Below, piece after piece: positions 1 through 9,761 of a stretch of DNA of 64,000 nucleotides. The stretch is from NCBI GenBank assembly GCA_947476475.1, contig CANJQT010000001.1:3570-67569 (forward strand), given 5' to 3'. This DNA is from Paracoccaceae bacterium (GTDB lineage Bacteria > Pseudomonadota > Alphaproteobacteria > Rhodobacterales > Rhodobacteraceae). The translations under genes were made by a program, and so were the position numbers. The notes below the pieces were generated by a model that was given only the letters and a program-made list of their open reading frames with translations, was not told the origin of the DNA and ran no database searches. Position 1 is the first letter of the stretch; each line of letters starts with the position of its first letter.

Positions 1-614
1 TCTTCCAGACGCGGCCCGCTGCCGGGGCGGCCGTAATGCAGCACGTTCGGCGGCGCATGGAAGACCCGGCCAAGCCCATGTCCGCAGAAATCGCGTACCA
101 CCGACATGCGGTGGCCTTCGACATAGGACTGGATCGCATGGCCGATGTCGCCAAACGTATTGCCTGGCCTCACCGCCTCGATCCCCTTGAACAGCGCATC
201 ATGGGTGATCTGGATCAGCCGCTCGGCCTTCCTTGGCAGGGATCCTGCCACATACATGCGGCTTGTATCACCATACCAACCATCAACGATCACGGTCACG
301 TCGATGTTCAGAATGTCGCCATCCTTCAACACCTTCGCCCCCGGAATCCCGTGGCAGACCACATGATTGACGCTGATGCAGGACGCGTGCTGATAGCCGC
401 GATAGCCGATCGTGGCAGACTCTGCGCCCAGATGCGCCACTTCTTCGCGGATGAAATCATCCAGGGCTTCGGTCGTTGTGCCTGGCTCGACCAGCGCCGC
501 CACCCGGTCCAGAATGACCGCAGCAACCTGACCGGCCTTGTGCATGCCGGCAAAGTCGGCAGGCTCGTGTAATCTGATCCCGTCCTTGGTCAGACGGCCG
601 CGCGGTTCGTCCAC
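1..614 (-). CDS. map: Methionine aminopeptidase type I (3' end runs off the window)
   Basis: Reverse-strand translation from GTG at 614: MDEPRGRLTKDGIRLHEPADFAGMHKAGQVAA..., with the LNIDVT-type MetAP motif. The 36..572 + ORF is its antisense shadow. Confidence 0.9.
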   Translation of the reverse strand, partial: MDEPRGRLTKDGIRLHEPADFAGMHKAGQVAAVILDRVAALVEPGTTTEALDDFIREEVAHLGAESATIGYRGYQHASCISVNHVVCHGIPGAKVLKDGDILNIDVTVIVDGWYGDTSRMYVAGSLPRKAERLIQITHDALFKGIEAVRPGNTFGDIGHAIQSYVEGHRMSVVRDFCGHGLGRVFHAPPNVLHYGRPGSGPRLE

Positions 615-748
615 AGAGGGGCCCTTTCGATAATTCGCGCCTTAGATAGTGTCAAAAACCGCTGTTGGCCAGACCCGGCACCGCGCCGGGGCTTTTCGCA
701 GGCGACGAGCCGCCCTATAGCGTAGAAAACAGTCAGAAGGGGGACAAG

Positions 749-1480
749 ATGCGCAATCCCACCGCCGCGATCCTGATCATCGGGGACGAGATCCTTTCGG
801 GCCGCACCCGCGATGCGAACATGCATTACCTGGCGGGCGAACTGACGCGGATCGGCATTGACCTGCGCGAAGTGCGGGTGGTGTCGGATGAACACGCGGC
901 CATCGTGCGGGCGGTGAATGACCTGCGTGCCGCGCATGACCATTTGTTCACCTCGGGCGGGATCGGCCCCACCCATGACGACATTACCGCCGATGCGATT
1001 GCTGCGGCCTTCGGCCTGCCGCTAATGGTTCGCGATGACGCGCGCGCCATCCTTAAGGCTCATTATGATCGCGCGGGGCTTGAGCTGAACGAATCCCGCC
1101 TGCGCATGGCGCGCATTCCCGAAGGCGCACGGCTGATCGACAATCCAATCTCCTCGGCCCCCGGTTTCAGCCTTGGCAATGTCCATGTGATGGCCGGGGT
1201 GCCCAATATCTTTCAGGCGATGGTCGCTTCGCTTTTGCCGACACTGACCGGCGGCAAACCGCTTTTGTCGCAGACCCTGCGGGTGATGCGCGGCGAAGGG
1301 GTCATCGCGGCCGCGCTAGGGGCGCTGGCGGCGGAATTTTCGGACCTGTCGTTCGGGTCCTATCCGTTTGTCAACAACGGGGCCTACGGCACCAATCTGG
1401 TGGTGCGGGGGCAAGACCCGGCGCGGCTGGATCAGGCCATGATCCGCATGCAGGCGGAATTCGGGGAAAAGGCGGAATGA
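749..1480 (+). CDS. CinA-like molybdopterin-binding-domain protein (COG1058 type, no PncC domain)
   Basis: IIGDEILSGRTRDAN and TSGGIGPTHDDIT motifs. ATG 749 follows an AGGGGG SD. Confidence 0.85.
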   Translation: MRNPTAAILIIGDEILSGRTRDANMHYLAGELTRIGIDLREVRVVSDEHAAIVRAVNDLRAAHDHLFTSGGIGPTHDDITADAIAAAFGLPLMVRDDARAILKAHYDRAGLELNESRLRMARIPEGARLIDNPISSAPGFSLGNVHVMAGVPNIFQAMVASLLPTLTGGKPLLSQTLRVMRGEGVIAAALGALAAEFSDLSFGSYPFVNNGAYGTNLVVRGQDPARLDQAMIRMQAEFGEKAE

Positions 1481-2181
1481 CGGATCTGTTTCAGGCGCTG
1501 GAGGCAACGTGGCCCGCGGCCGCCAACCATAAGGCAGGTGGCTGGGTGGTGGGCGAGGGCAGAGGAGGCGGCAAGCGCGTCTCATCCGCCCAGGCCATAG
1601 GCCCAGACGCGCTTCAGACGATCAATGTGGCCGAGGCCGTTCATGCCCGCCTTGGCCAACCGGCGCTGTTTTTCCTGCGCCCGGGCCAAGAGGCGCTGGA
1701 CGAGGCCTTGGCGGGGAGGGGTTATGCCAAAGTCGATCCGGTGGTGATCTATCAGGCCCCGCTCAAGGCTCTTGCAGAAGCGCCGCCAGAGCGGCTGACG
1801 ACCTTTCCCATCTGGCCGCCGCTGGCGATCATGACAGAGCTGTGGGATGAGGGGCAGGTCGGCCCGGCCCGGCTGGCGGTGATGGACCGGGTCACAGGTC
1901 CGCGCACGGCAATTCTGGGCCGGATGGATGACCGTGCGGCGGGGGTAGTCTTTGTTGGCGTCGCGGGCGATGTGGCGATGCTGCACGCGCTGCATGTTGA
2001 TCCGGCCATGCGCCGCAAGGGACTGGCGCGTAATCTGGTGCGGGCAGCGGCCCATTGGGCGCAGGCGGCAGGTGCCAGCCATTTGGCGCTGGCGGTGACC
2101 GAGGCGAACCTGGCGGCAAACGCGCTTTACCGCGCCATGGGGATGGTCTGCGCCACACACTACCATTACCGCGCAAAATGA
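1477..2181 (+). CDS. GNAT family N-acetyltransferase
   Basis: LHVDPAMRRKGLA acetyl-CoA motif and NLAANALY; ATGA overlap with the upstream gene. Confidence 0.85.
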   Translation: MTDLFQALEATWPAAANHKAGGWVVGEGRGGGKRVSSAQAIGPDALQTINVAEAVHARLGQPALFFLRPGQEALDEALAGRGYAKVDPVVIYQAPLKALAEAPPERLTTFPIWPPLAIMTELWDEGQVGPARLAVMDRVTGPRTAILGRMDDRAAGVVFVGVAGDVAMLHALHVDPAMRRKGLARNLVRAAAHWAQAAGASHLALAVTEANLAANALYRAMGMVCATHYHYRAK

Positions 2182-3140
2182 AAGGTTCACGGCACCTTTG
2201 CCTGGGCTTCGTCCTTGCGACTGCAAATGCCGCGCAGGCCGATATCCAACTGCCGCTGCTGGCCGCAGGGGAACAAACCGCCACACAAAGCCAGCCAAAC
2301 GCTGATTATAACCTGCCCATCGGCCCATGGGAGGCGGGAAGCCTGCCTACCCTGTCGCTGATTGGCCCCCTGCAAAATGCGGCCTGGCGCCTTGCTGAAC
2401 AGGGGGCGGACACCCGCGATCTGATGACCCGATTGCGCGCGGACCTTGCCGCACAGGGCTTTCAGCCGATGTTCGCGTGCGCGACCGATGCCTGTGGCGG
2501 CTTCGATTTCCGGTATGAACTGGACCTGTTTCCCGAACCCGACATGCACGTCGATCTTGGTGATTTTCGCTATCTGTCGGCCGTGCGCGGCAAGGGCAGC
2601 AACGCCGAATATGTCGGCCTGATGGTCAGCCGCATCGGCGCCACCGGGTTCGTGCAGATGGTCCAGATCGGGCCAGCGACGGGCACGCCACTGCAGACCC
2701 GGCCAGCTTCACCGCTGGCGCCATCCTCTTCCCCTGCAAATGCCGCTTCGCCCTCTGAAACCAGCTTCGGGCAAATGCTTGCCGGGCAAGGCCATCTGGT
2801 TCTGGAGGGGCTGGAGTTTGCCTCCGGCGCGGCCGAACTTGCAAGTGCCCGGATTGTTCCTTCGCTGCAAGCCCTTGCCGATTATCTGAAGGCGGCACCT
2901 TCGACCCGGGTCATCATCGTCGGCCATACGGATGCGACGGGTGATCCCGCGGCCAACGTTGCGCTATCGCGTGCGCGCGCAGAGGCTGTCATGGCGCGGC
3001 TGGTGGGCGATTACGGTGTGGATGCGGCGCAACTTGCCGCCGATGGCGTAGGGGCACTGGCCCCGCTGACCACCAATCAGACCGATGAGGGACGCAAGAA
3101 AAACAGACGGGTCGAGGCGGTGCTGGCCTCGACCCGTTGA
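2178..3140 (+). CDS. Exported OmpA-family peptidoglycan-binding protein
   Basis: Signal peptide MKGSRHLCLGFVLATANAAQA; C-terminal VGHTDATG, NVALSRARA and NRRVE motifs; ATGA overlap. Confidence 0.85.
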   Translation: MKGSRHLCLGFVLATANAAQADIQLPLLAAGEQTATQSQPNADYNLPIGPWEAGSLPTLSLIGPLQNAAWRLAEQGADTRDLMTRLRADLAAQGFQPMFACATDACGGFDFRYELDLFPEPDMHVDLGDFRYLSAVRGKGSNAEYVGLMVSRIGATGFVQMVQIGPATGTPLQTRPASPLAPSSSPANAASPSETSFGQMLAGQGHLVLEGLEFASGAAELASARIVPSLQALADYLKAAPSTRVIIVGHTDATGDPAANVALSRARAEAVMARLVGDYGVDAAQLAADGVGALAPLTTNQTDEGRKKNRRVEAVLASTR

Positions 3141-3163
3141 TGGATCCGTTGGCAGACGTCTGA

Positions 3164-4069
3164 TTACCAGGCGTCCGGACCTTTTTCGGCAAAGGCTTCG
3201 GCCAGAAAGTCGATGAAGGCGCGAACTTTCGGCTGGGTGAAGCGGCCCGGCGGGTAAACCGCATAGATGCCCAGCGTTTCGACCGGCAGGTCGGGGATCG
3301 CCTCTTCGACAAGTCCCTGTTTCATCGCGTCTGCATAAAGGAACGACGGCAGGTAGGCGATGCCAAGACCGGAAATCGCGGCGTTCAGCAATGACTGGCC
3401 GTCATTGACCGTCAGCCAGCCTGCGGTGCGGACCTGGCGCTTTTCACCCGAAGGGGCGGTCAGCTTCCAGACGTTGCCCGACGCCTGATTCGAATAGTGC
3501 AGCAGCTTGTGCTCGTTCAGATCGTCGATCTTCTGCGGGCGGCCGTATTTCTGGAAATATCCGGCAGAACCGATCATCCGCTTGGCGGTGTCGGTAAGCT
3601 TGCGGGCCCGCAGGGTGCTGTCTTCAAGCTCGCCCACGCGGATGGCCATGTCGAACCCTTCGGAAATCAGTTCGACGTAGCGGTTGTTCAGCACCATGTT
3701 CACGGTGATGTCGGGATATTCCAGCAGGAAGTCCCCTAGGATCGGCGAAAGCAGATTCACGCCGAAGTCCGTCGCCACCGAGATGCGCAGCAGACCTGAC
3801 GGCGCCGACTGCATCGAAGTGACCAGTGCATCCGCTTCGCCGGCGTCATTCAAGACTCGGCGGGCGCGGTCATAATATGCCAGCCCGATCTCTGTCGGCG
3901 ACACGCGCCGGGTCGTCCGGTTCAACAGGCGCGCCCCCAGGCGTGCCTCAAGAGCGGAGACATGTTTCGATACGGCGGACTTGGAAATCCCCATCTTCTT
4001 CGCTGCGTCCGTAAACCCCCCTTGGTCTACGACTGTGGCGAAGGCCTCCATTTCTGTAAGTCGGTCCAT
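3164..4069 (-). CDS. LysR family transcriptional regulator
   Basis: MDRLTEMEAF...GGFTDAAKKMGISKSAVSKHVSALEARLGARLLNRTTR HTH followed by a substrate-binding domain. Confidence 0.92.
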   Translation of the reverse strand: MDRLTEMEAFATVVDQGGFTDAAKKMGISKSAVSKHVSALEARLGARLLNRTTRRVSPTEIGLAYYDRARRVLNDAGEADALVTSMQSAPSGLLRISVATDFGVNLLSPILGDFLLEYPDITVNMVLNNRYVELISEGFDMAIRVGELEDSTLRARKLTDTAKRMIGSAGYFQKYGRPQKIDDLNEHKLLHYSNQASGNVWKLTAPSGEKRQVRTAGWLTVNDGQSLLNAAISGLGIAYLPSFLYADAMKQGLVEEAIPDLPVETLGIYAVYPPGRFTQPKVRAFIDFLAEAFAEKGPDAW

Positions 4070-4160
4070 TGTGCACCCTGAATAGACATTGCCCGCCGTT
4101 GATCGGTATCTGCGCCAATTCAGGCAAGAATGCGGAAACGAACGGACAAGAGTTGGGTAT

Positions 4161-4206
4161 TGTTTGGAACCTATGTGCCCAATCAATGGCAGTGCGGTTC
4201 CAAACA
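4161..4206. repeat. Perfect 11-bp inverted repeat TGTTTGGAACC-N24-GGTTCCAAACA between divergent lysR and pgsA
   Basis: Arms at 4161-4171 and 4196-4206, read directly. Confidence 0.7.
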
Positions 4207-4278
4207 GTTGACACTGACCTTGCAACAAAACAGCGAAGGCCGCTTCCCACACGCAGAAGGAACCGCTAGGAATTCTGC

Positions 4279-4944
4279 ATGAAATGGACAATCCCAAACT
4301 GTCTGACAGTCCTGCGCCTGCTTGCTGCACCTGGCGTTGTGGTCATGTTTCTTTATTTTCACCGGCCCTGGGCGGACTGGTTTGCGCTGACACTTTTCGT
4401 CGGCGCCGCCATTACCGATTATTTTGACGGCTATCTGGCCCGCCTGTGGAAGCAGGAATCAAAATTCGGCGCGATGCTGGACCCGATTGCCGACAAGGCG
4501 ATGGTGGTCATCGCGATCATGGTGATCACCGGTTATAATGGGATGAACGCATGGCTGATCCTGCCCGCCACGGTGATCCTGTTCCGCGAGGTCTTCGTTT
4601 CCGGCCTGCGCGAATATCTGGGGGCAAGGGCCGGCCTGCTGAGCGTCACCAAGCTGGCCAAATGGAAAACCACGGCGCAGATGGTGGCGATTGCGGTGCT
4701 GTTCCTCGGCACCGGACTTGAATATCTGAACGGCGTGGCGATGCAGGGCATGACGCTGGAACAGTATTCCGAAGCGGTTGCTGCCGGTCTGGCAGATCCT
4801 ATCCGTGCCTGCGGCAAGCGTGATTGCGCCTCGCTGGCAAATGATGCCGGATTTGTGCTGCTCTGGTTTGCGGCAATCCTTACATTCCTCACCGGATGGG
4901 ATTATTTCAGGAAGGCACTGCCCCTCCTGAAAGATGATGCATGA
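4279..4944 (+). CDS. pgsA: CDP-diacylglycerol--glycerol-3-phosphate 3-phosphatidyltransferase
   Basis: TDYFDGYLAR...GAMLDPIADK CDP-alcohol phosphotransferase signature. Confidence 0.93.
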   Translation: MKWTIPNCLTVLRLLAAPGVVVMFLYFHRPWADWFALTLFVGAAITDYFDGYLARLWKQESKFGAMLDPIADKAMVVIAIMVITGYNGMNAWLILPATVILFREVFVSGLREYLGARAGLLSVTKLAKWKTTAQMVAIAVLFLGTGLEYLNGVAMQGMTLEQYSEAVAAGLADPIRACGKRDCASLANDAGFVLLWFAAILTFLTGWDYFRKALPLLKDDA

Positions 4945-5189
4945 TCGACCTTCTCTATTTCGCCTGGGTGCGTGAACGGATCGGCCTTCCGCGCGAACGG
5001 CTGGAAACCGGCGCCGCGACCGTGGCCGACCTGATCGAAGAACTGAAATTGCGCGAAGATCGCTATGCCGCCGCCTTTGCCGATCTGCGGGCACTGCGGG
5101 TGGCGGTGGATCAGGAACTGGCGGATTTTGATGCGCCGCTGGCAGGGGTGCGCGAACTGGCCTTCTTCCCGCCGATGACCGGAGGCTGA
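4941..5189 (+). CDS. moaD: Molybdopterin converting factor subunit 1
   Basis: LLYFAWVRERIG N-terminus, C-terminal FFPPMTGG. Confidence 0.93.
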   Translation: MIDLLYFAWVRERIGLPRERLETGAATVADLIEELKLREDRYAAAFADLRALRVAVDQELADFDAPLAGVRELAFFPPMTGG

Positions 5190-5191
5190 AG

Positions 5192-5644
5192 ATGCAGATC
5201 CGGGTTCAGGCTGATCCCTTCGATTATGGCGCCGAATGCGCCGCCTTCGCCGCACGTGCGGCAGGTCCGGGGTCCGGGGCGGGTGCTGTGGTGACTTTCC
5301 TTGGTCTGGTGCGCGACGATGGCGGACGCCTGTCGCGGATGGAGATAGAACATTATCCCGGCATGACCGAAAAGGCGCTTTCCGCCATCGCCACCGAAGC
5401 CGCCGGACGCTGGCCCCTGTCTGAGGTGCTGATCCTGCATCGCTTCGGCCCGCTTGCCCCTGGCGACGCGATCATGATGGTGGGCACCGCCTCGCGCCAC
5501 CGCGCAGCGGCGTTTCAGGCGGCAGACTTCCTTATGGACTACCTGAAATCCCGCGCACCCTTCTGGAAGAAGGAATTTGCTGCGGACGGCGCCGAATGGG
5601 TGGCCGCAAAGGACGAAGACGAAACCGCGCTGGGCCGCTGGTAG
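5192..5644 (+). CDS. moaE: Molybdopterin synthase catalytic subunit
   Basis: GAVVTFLGLVR, EHYPGMTEK, MDYLKSRAPFWKKE. Confidence 0.93.
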   Translation: MQIRVQADPFDYGAECAAFAARAAGPGSGAGAVVTFLGLVRDDGGRLSRMEIEHYPGMTEKALSAIATEAAGRWPLSEVLILHRFGPLAPGDAIMMVGTASRHRAAAFQAADFLMDYLKSRAPFWKKEFAADGAEWVAAKDEDETALGRW

Positions 5645-5646
5645 GA

Positions 5647-6003
5647 TCAGCCTTTGTTTTGCCGCTCAATATAGGCGCGCAACTCTTCCGCCTCGGCACG
5701 CGCATCGCGCAGCCCTTCCATGGCGGCACGCAGTTCTGCTTCGGTCTGGTTAAGGTGGCTGGTCAGCTCGCGCTCGCGCTGGTGAAAATAGGTGGTGGCC
5801 TCGTCGCGTGCTTCTTCGGCATCATGAAGATCGCGCGCCATCTGGTCCAGGTCGCTGATCTCGGCCTGCGTCACCCGCGTCAGCCGGTGGACAAGCCAGG
5901 ATGCAAACCAGCCCAGCCCGAAAGCGATGAAAAGCACGATGGTCATCGCTATGATGAATTCGGTCCGGTTCATGGTAATCCCTTGGTCCTGTGCTGTCGT
6001 CAA
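5647..6003 (-). CDS. Small membrane-anchored coiled-coil protein of unknown function
   Basis: N-terminal TM helix then heptad-rich region; overlaps the stop of the upstream OmpA/BON gene. Start could be the downstream MNRTEF. Confidence 0.7.
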   Translation of the reverse strand: MTTAQDQGITMNRTEFIIAMTIVLFIAFGLGWFASWLVHRLTRVTQAEISDLDQMARDLHDAEEARDEATTYFHQRERELTSHLNQTEAELRAAMEGLRDARAEAEELRAYIERQNKG

Positions 6004-7937
6004 TTGCCAGCCAGATTGGCGGGCTTCTTCTTGGGCCGCACGGTGTTGTCGTCTGGCGTCTGGACATTGATTGCTGATGCCGCCGCTTCGTCGCCTGTCT
6101 CGGCTGCTGACGATGGATTCAGCGGGCGGAATTCGATGCGCCGGTTGGTTTCACGGTTCTTTTCGGTGTCATTGGCCATGATCGGCTGGGTTTCACCATA
6201 GCCGCGGGCCGTCAGATTGCCGGTCAGAATGCGCCGCGACTGCAGCGCCACAATAACCGCACGCGCCCGTTGTTCGGACAGGGACAGGTTCATTTCTTCG
6301 CCACCCTGACTGTCAGTATGGCCCCCGATTTCCATCGGATAATCCGAACACAGCTTCATGATTTCGGCGATCTTGTCGATTGTCACCTTGGCCTCGGGCC
6401 TCAGCACCGCTTTGCCCGGCTCGAAGGTGATCTTTTGCGCCGCCGTCGCAGCAGAGATCCTGTCAACGCATTCCTTGTCCGACGGCAGAGCGGCAGTCTG
6501 GTCAAGGCTCTCCTCGTAGGTGACGACAATATCGTATTTTCCGTTCGCCCCCAGCTTGGCAGAAAGGATCCGCGCGATGACCGCCGAAGTTTCCTTCGAT
6601 CCGGTCTTGCCCACGACCTTCAGTGTGCCCGCGCGCACGGTAACGGCGCCGCTGTCCAGTTCGGACAAAGCCGCCAGTGCAACCAGAACCCGCATAGGCC
6701 AGCCATCCGGCACGCCTTCGTCCAGCCGCGTCGCTGTATGGACCGCGTCGGTTCCGAACCGGGCCCGCGCATAACTTTCAACGGCTTCACGGGTCAGTTC
6801 GTCACGCAGGCGGCCCGAAAGGTCAACCTTGCCGTCCTTTGAAAGCCGGGCGACGAACTCCATCTGATCCGATCCGCCCAGATCCCCGGCCGCCGCCTGA
6901 CTGGCTTTCAACGAAAAAACCTCGGGCAGATTCGATTCCAGTTCGCCCACCACATCATCGAAGTCGGCTTGCGCTACGTCCGGCCCTGCCATCAGGGCTA
7001 TGTCGGCATCCGAAAAGGTGATGGATCCGCTGCCAAGCTTTTCCACCGCGCCAAGCGCCATGACGACGGCATCGGCCCATTCCGGCGTCGGAACACCAAG
7101 TCCTACCGTGCAGGTTGCCTTGTCGCTGACGCCCGCAGCCGCTGCTGCTGCCAGAATCCGGCTGCCCGCCTTGTCGCTATCGGCGGAACAGGCATCAAAC
7201 CGCGCGCCATCCTGATCGATCAGGAACCGCAGCGTGAAAGGGGCGATGACCGGGCGCGGGGCCGAAATGTCCAGCATCAAGGCTAGGCCCTTGGGCGCGT
7301 CGCGCCGCAGTCTGGTTTCCAGCGCAAGCTTCTGTTCGGGGCTGTCGGTGATCGCCGTCACCTTCACCATGCCCGGCGTCACTGAAATCTTCGACCGCGG
7401 CAGCGATTTCAGCGCCGATTCGGCAAAGGCGACGGCGCTGTCCCAACCCGGCGGCACCGCATGGTCGGCGCTTTCCAGCATGTTGGTAAGCTGATCATCC
7501 TCGGCCAGGGCATCCAGATTTGCCAGAAGCTGATCGCGATCCATCGCGGTCGGTGCCAGACCGATCAGCGAAATGCCGTCGTCGTTGCGCAGGATTTCCA
7601 TCTTGAATTCCGGGTCGTTCAGCGGTGCGTGATCCGCCACCTGCATCGCATCCCGCAGTCGCGCCGAATCGACGACATTTCCCGCCACTGACAAGGCCCG
7701 AAAGCGCATGGCTTCGGTCGGGGCCGTGCCTGTCACAATCACCTGAAGCCCGTCGGCTTCGACCTCTGCCCAGCTGTGGCCTGCCTCTGCCAAAGCCCGC
7801 CGCACCCCAAGCTTCGAGAACCGTTCAATCGCGTGCGCCGTCCAGATCGACAGAATCAGACACAAAAGCCCGGTGCCGACAAAGACAGCGGGGCCGATGG
7901 CATTGGGCGGAAAATACTTTGGCAGCTCCAGCTTCAC
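6000..7937 (-). CDS. OmpA-family protein with N-terminal TM anchor and BON-like domains
   Basis: TM helix, repeated VTGTAP/LSGRL BON-like segments, C-terminal IGGHTDSQG, NLSLSEQRA and NRRIEF. Confidence 0.85.
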   Translation of the reverse strand: MKLELPKYFPPNAIGPAVFVGTGLLCLILSIWTAHAIERFSKLGVRRALAEAGHSWAEVEADGLQVIVTGTAPTEAMRFRALSVAGNVVDSARLRDAMQVADHAPLNDPEFKMEILRNDDGISLIGLAPTAMDRDQLLANLDALAEDDQLTNMLESADHAVPPGWDSAVAFAESALKSLPRSKISVTPGMVKVTAITDSPEQKLALETRLRRDAPKGLALMLDISAPRPVIAPFTLRFLIDQDGARFDACSADSDKAGSRILAAAAAAGVSDKATCTVGLGVPTPEWADAVVMALGAVEKLGSGSITFSDADIALMAGPDVAQADFDDVVGELESNLPEVFSLKASQAAAGDLGGSDQMEFVARLSKDGKVDLSGRLRDELTREAVESYARARFGTDAVHTATRLDEGVPDGWPMRVLVALAALSELDSGAVTVRAGTLKVVGKTGSKETSAVIARILSAKLGANGKYDIVVTYEESLDQTAALPSDKECVDRISAATAAQKITFEPGKAVLRPEAKVTIDKIAEIMKLCSDYPMEIGGHTDSQGGEEMNLSLSEQRARAVIVALQSRRILTGNLTARGYGETQPIMANDTEKNRETNRRIEFRPLNPSSAAETGDEAAASAINVQTPDDNTVRPKKKPANLAGN

Positions 7938-7996
7938 GAGGCGCGCACCCTTTCAATCATGCCGACCTCCTTAAGATGCCCGGTGGGTCGGATCAA

Positions 7997-8962
7997 TCAA
8001 AGGAGTGCGCTGACGGCAAGAAACAGCGCAGCGATCAGCCCGGTATCGCGGTTCGACCGGAAAATCCGCAGGCAATTGGCCGAATCGTCGATATCCAGCC
8101 GCTGCATCTGCCCGAACAGGTGCCAGCCCGCCGCCCACGGGGCGATCAGCGCCAGGCACAACTTCACCAGCCCCGCCTCTGGCAACAACGCCAGAAGAAT
8201 CGCTCCCGTCATCAGCAGCACCGTCAGAACCAGGAACAGGGCCAGCCATTTGCCCGTCGCCGCCCCGAACAGGCGCGCGGTCGAACGAACCCCGATCAGA
8301 ACATCATCTTCCTTGTCCTGATGGGCATAGATCGTGTCGTAAAACAGCGTCCATGCGATGCCTGCGGCGTAAAGCAAAACCGCCGGCAGATCGGGCCAAC
8401 CTGCATGGGCGGCATAGGCCACGATCACGCCCCAGTTGAACGCCAGCCCCAGAAACAGCTGCGGCCACCAAGTGAATCGCTTGGCATAGGGATAGATCGC
8501 GACCAGCCCCAGCGACGAAACCGCCAACAGAACCGTGCCCCAGTTGTAAGTCAGCAGCACCAGCCCGGCCAATGCCATCTGTGCAAACATCCAGATCACG
8601 GCTTGCCGGACGGTGACCTGCCCCGACGGGATAGGGCGCGCCCTGGTGCGGGCGACGGCGGCGTCAAAGTCGCGGTCGGTGATGTCATTCCAGGTGCAGC
8701 CCGCGCCGCGCATCAGCCACGCCCCGGCCGCGCATCCCACCGCGATCCACAGATCCCAAAGCCGCCAGCCATCCTGTGCCGCCGCCAGCGCCAGCCCCCA
8801 CCAGCACGGCAGCAGCAGCAGCCAGGTTCCAATCGGCCGGTCGGCCCGCGACAGGCGCAGAAAGGGGCGGGCGAAATCCGGGGCCAGCCTGTCCACCCAA
8901 TTGCCACTGACCGCGTCGGCCACCTGTCCTTCAGCCTCTGGCATTCGCGGATCGGGGGTCAT
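7997..8962 (-). CDS. ubiA: 4-hydroxybenzoate polyprenyltransferase
   Basis: RADRPIGTWLLLLP, WNDITDRDFD...RTRARPIPSG, YDTIYAHQDKEDD motifs. Confidence 0.93.
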   Translation of the reverse strand: MTPDPRMPEAEGQVADAVSGNWVDRLAPDFARPFLRLSRADRPIGTWLLLLPCWWGLALAAAQDGWRLWDLWIAVGCAAGAWLMRGAGCTWNDITDRDFDAAVARTRARPIPSGQVTVRQAVIWMFAQMALAGLVLLTYNWGTVLLAVSSLGLVAIYPYAKRFTWWPQLFLGLAFNWGVIVAYAAHAGWPDLPAVLLYAAGIAWTLFYDTIYAHQDKEDDVLIGVRSTARLFGAATGKWLALFLVLTVLLMTGAILLALLPEAGLVKLCLALIAPWAAGWHLFGQMQRLDIDDSANCLRIFRSNRDTGLIAALFLAVSALL

Positions 8963-8974
8963 AAGTTCGGCCTC

Positions 8975-9721
8975 ATGGCAGGTGCAAAGATCAGACTCTG
9001 TGTAGACCATCCGCTGGGCCCGGGGCAATCACTGCCCCTGACCGAAGCGCAGGCCCATTATCTTTTCGGCGTAATGCGGATCGGGGTGGGAACCGCGCTT
9101 CTGGTCTTCAATGGGCGGGATGGGGAATGGCGGGCCATGGTGACTGCCGCAGGCAAACGCGGCGGGGTTCTTGCGTGTGAGGAACAGACAAGGCCGCAGC
9201 TGGCCGCCCCCGACCTGTGGCTTTTGTTCGCACCCGTGAAAAAGGCGCGCACCGATTTCATCGTCGAAAAAGCGGTTGAACTGGGCGCCGCCCGGCTGAT
9301 CCCGGTCCAAAGCGATTTTACCAATGCCGAACGGATCCGCCCCGACAAGGCCGCCGCCCATGTGCGCGAGGCGGCGGAACAATGCGAAACCACCTTCCTG
9401 CCGGAAGTGGCCGCTCTGACCCCTTTGCCCCGGTTGCTGTCCGGCTGGGATCCGGCACGCCGGATCCTGTGGGCCGACGAATCCGCGGCGCGCGCTTCCG
9501 GGGGGGCGACATCGCCTGCGGCACTCTTTGCCAGCTTGGCACCGGGCGCATGGGCAATCCTGATCGGTCCCGAAGGCGGGTTCTCTGATAAAGAACGCGC
9601 GCACCTGCGCAGCCTGCCCTTCGTCGTACCCATAAGCCTTGGCCCGCGCATCCTGCGGGCCGAAACTGCCGCACTGGCGCTGATGACCCTGTGGCAGGCG
9701 CATCTGGGGGACTGGCGATGA
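8975..9721 (+). CDS. rsmE: 16S rRNA (m3U1498) methyltransferase
   Basis: HYLFGVMR, EKAVELG, EAAEQC, LIGPEGGFS, LGPRILRAETA. This is the C-terminal part of the 7625..9721 ORF call. Confidence 0.92.
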   Translation: MAGAKIRLCVDHPLGPGQSLPLTEAQAHYLFGVMRIGVGTALLVFNGRDGEWRAMVTAAGKRGGVLACEEQTRPQLAAPDLWLLFAPVKKARTDFIVEKAVELGAARLIPVQSDFTNAERIRPDKAAAHVREAAEQCETTFLPEVAALTPLPRLLSGWDPARRILWADESAARASGGATSPAALFASLAPGAWAILIGPEGGFSDKERAHLRSLPFVVPISLGPRILRAETAALALMTLWQAHLGDWR

Positions 9722-9761
9722 CCCGGTCAGCCGTGCCACGCGCCCCCCTGTGGGCAAGGTC

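Noticed and set aside
5647-7937. Zorya-like ZorAB defence pair
   Set aside because: No MotA/ZorA channel protein or ZorC/D/E genes; host-like GC and a housekeeping neighbourhood.
7625-8974. N-terminal 450 codons of the 698-aa ORF 7625..9721
   Set aside because: Antisense shadow of ubiA and the OmpA gene; only the part from ATG 8975 is RsmE.
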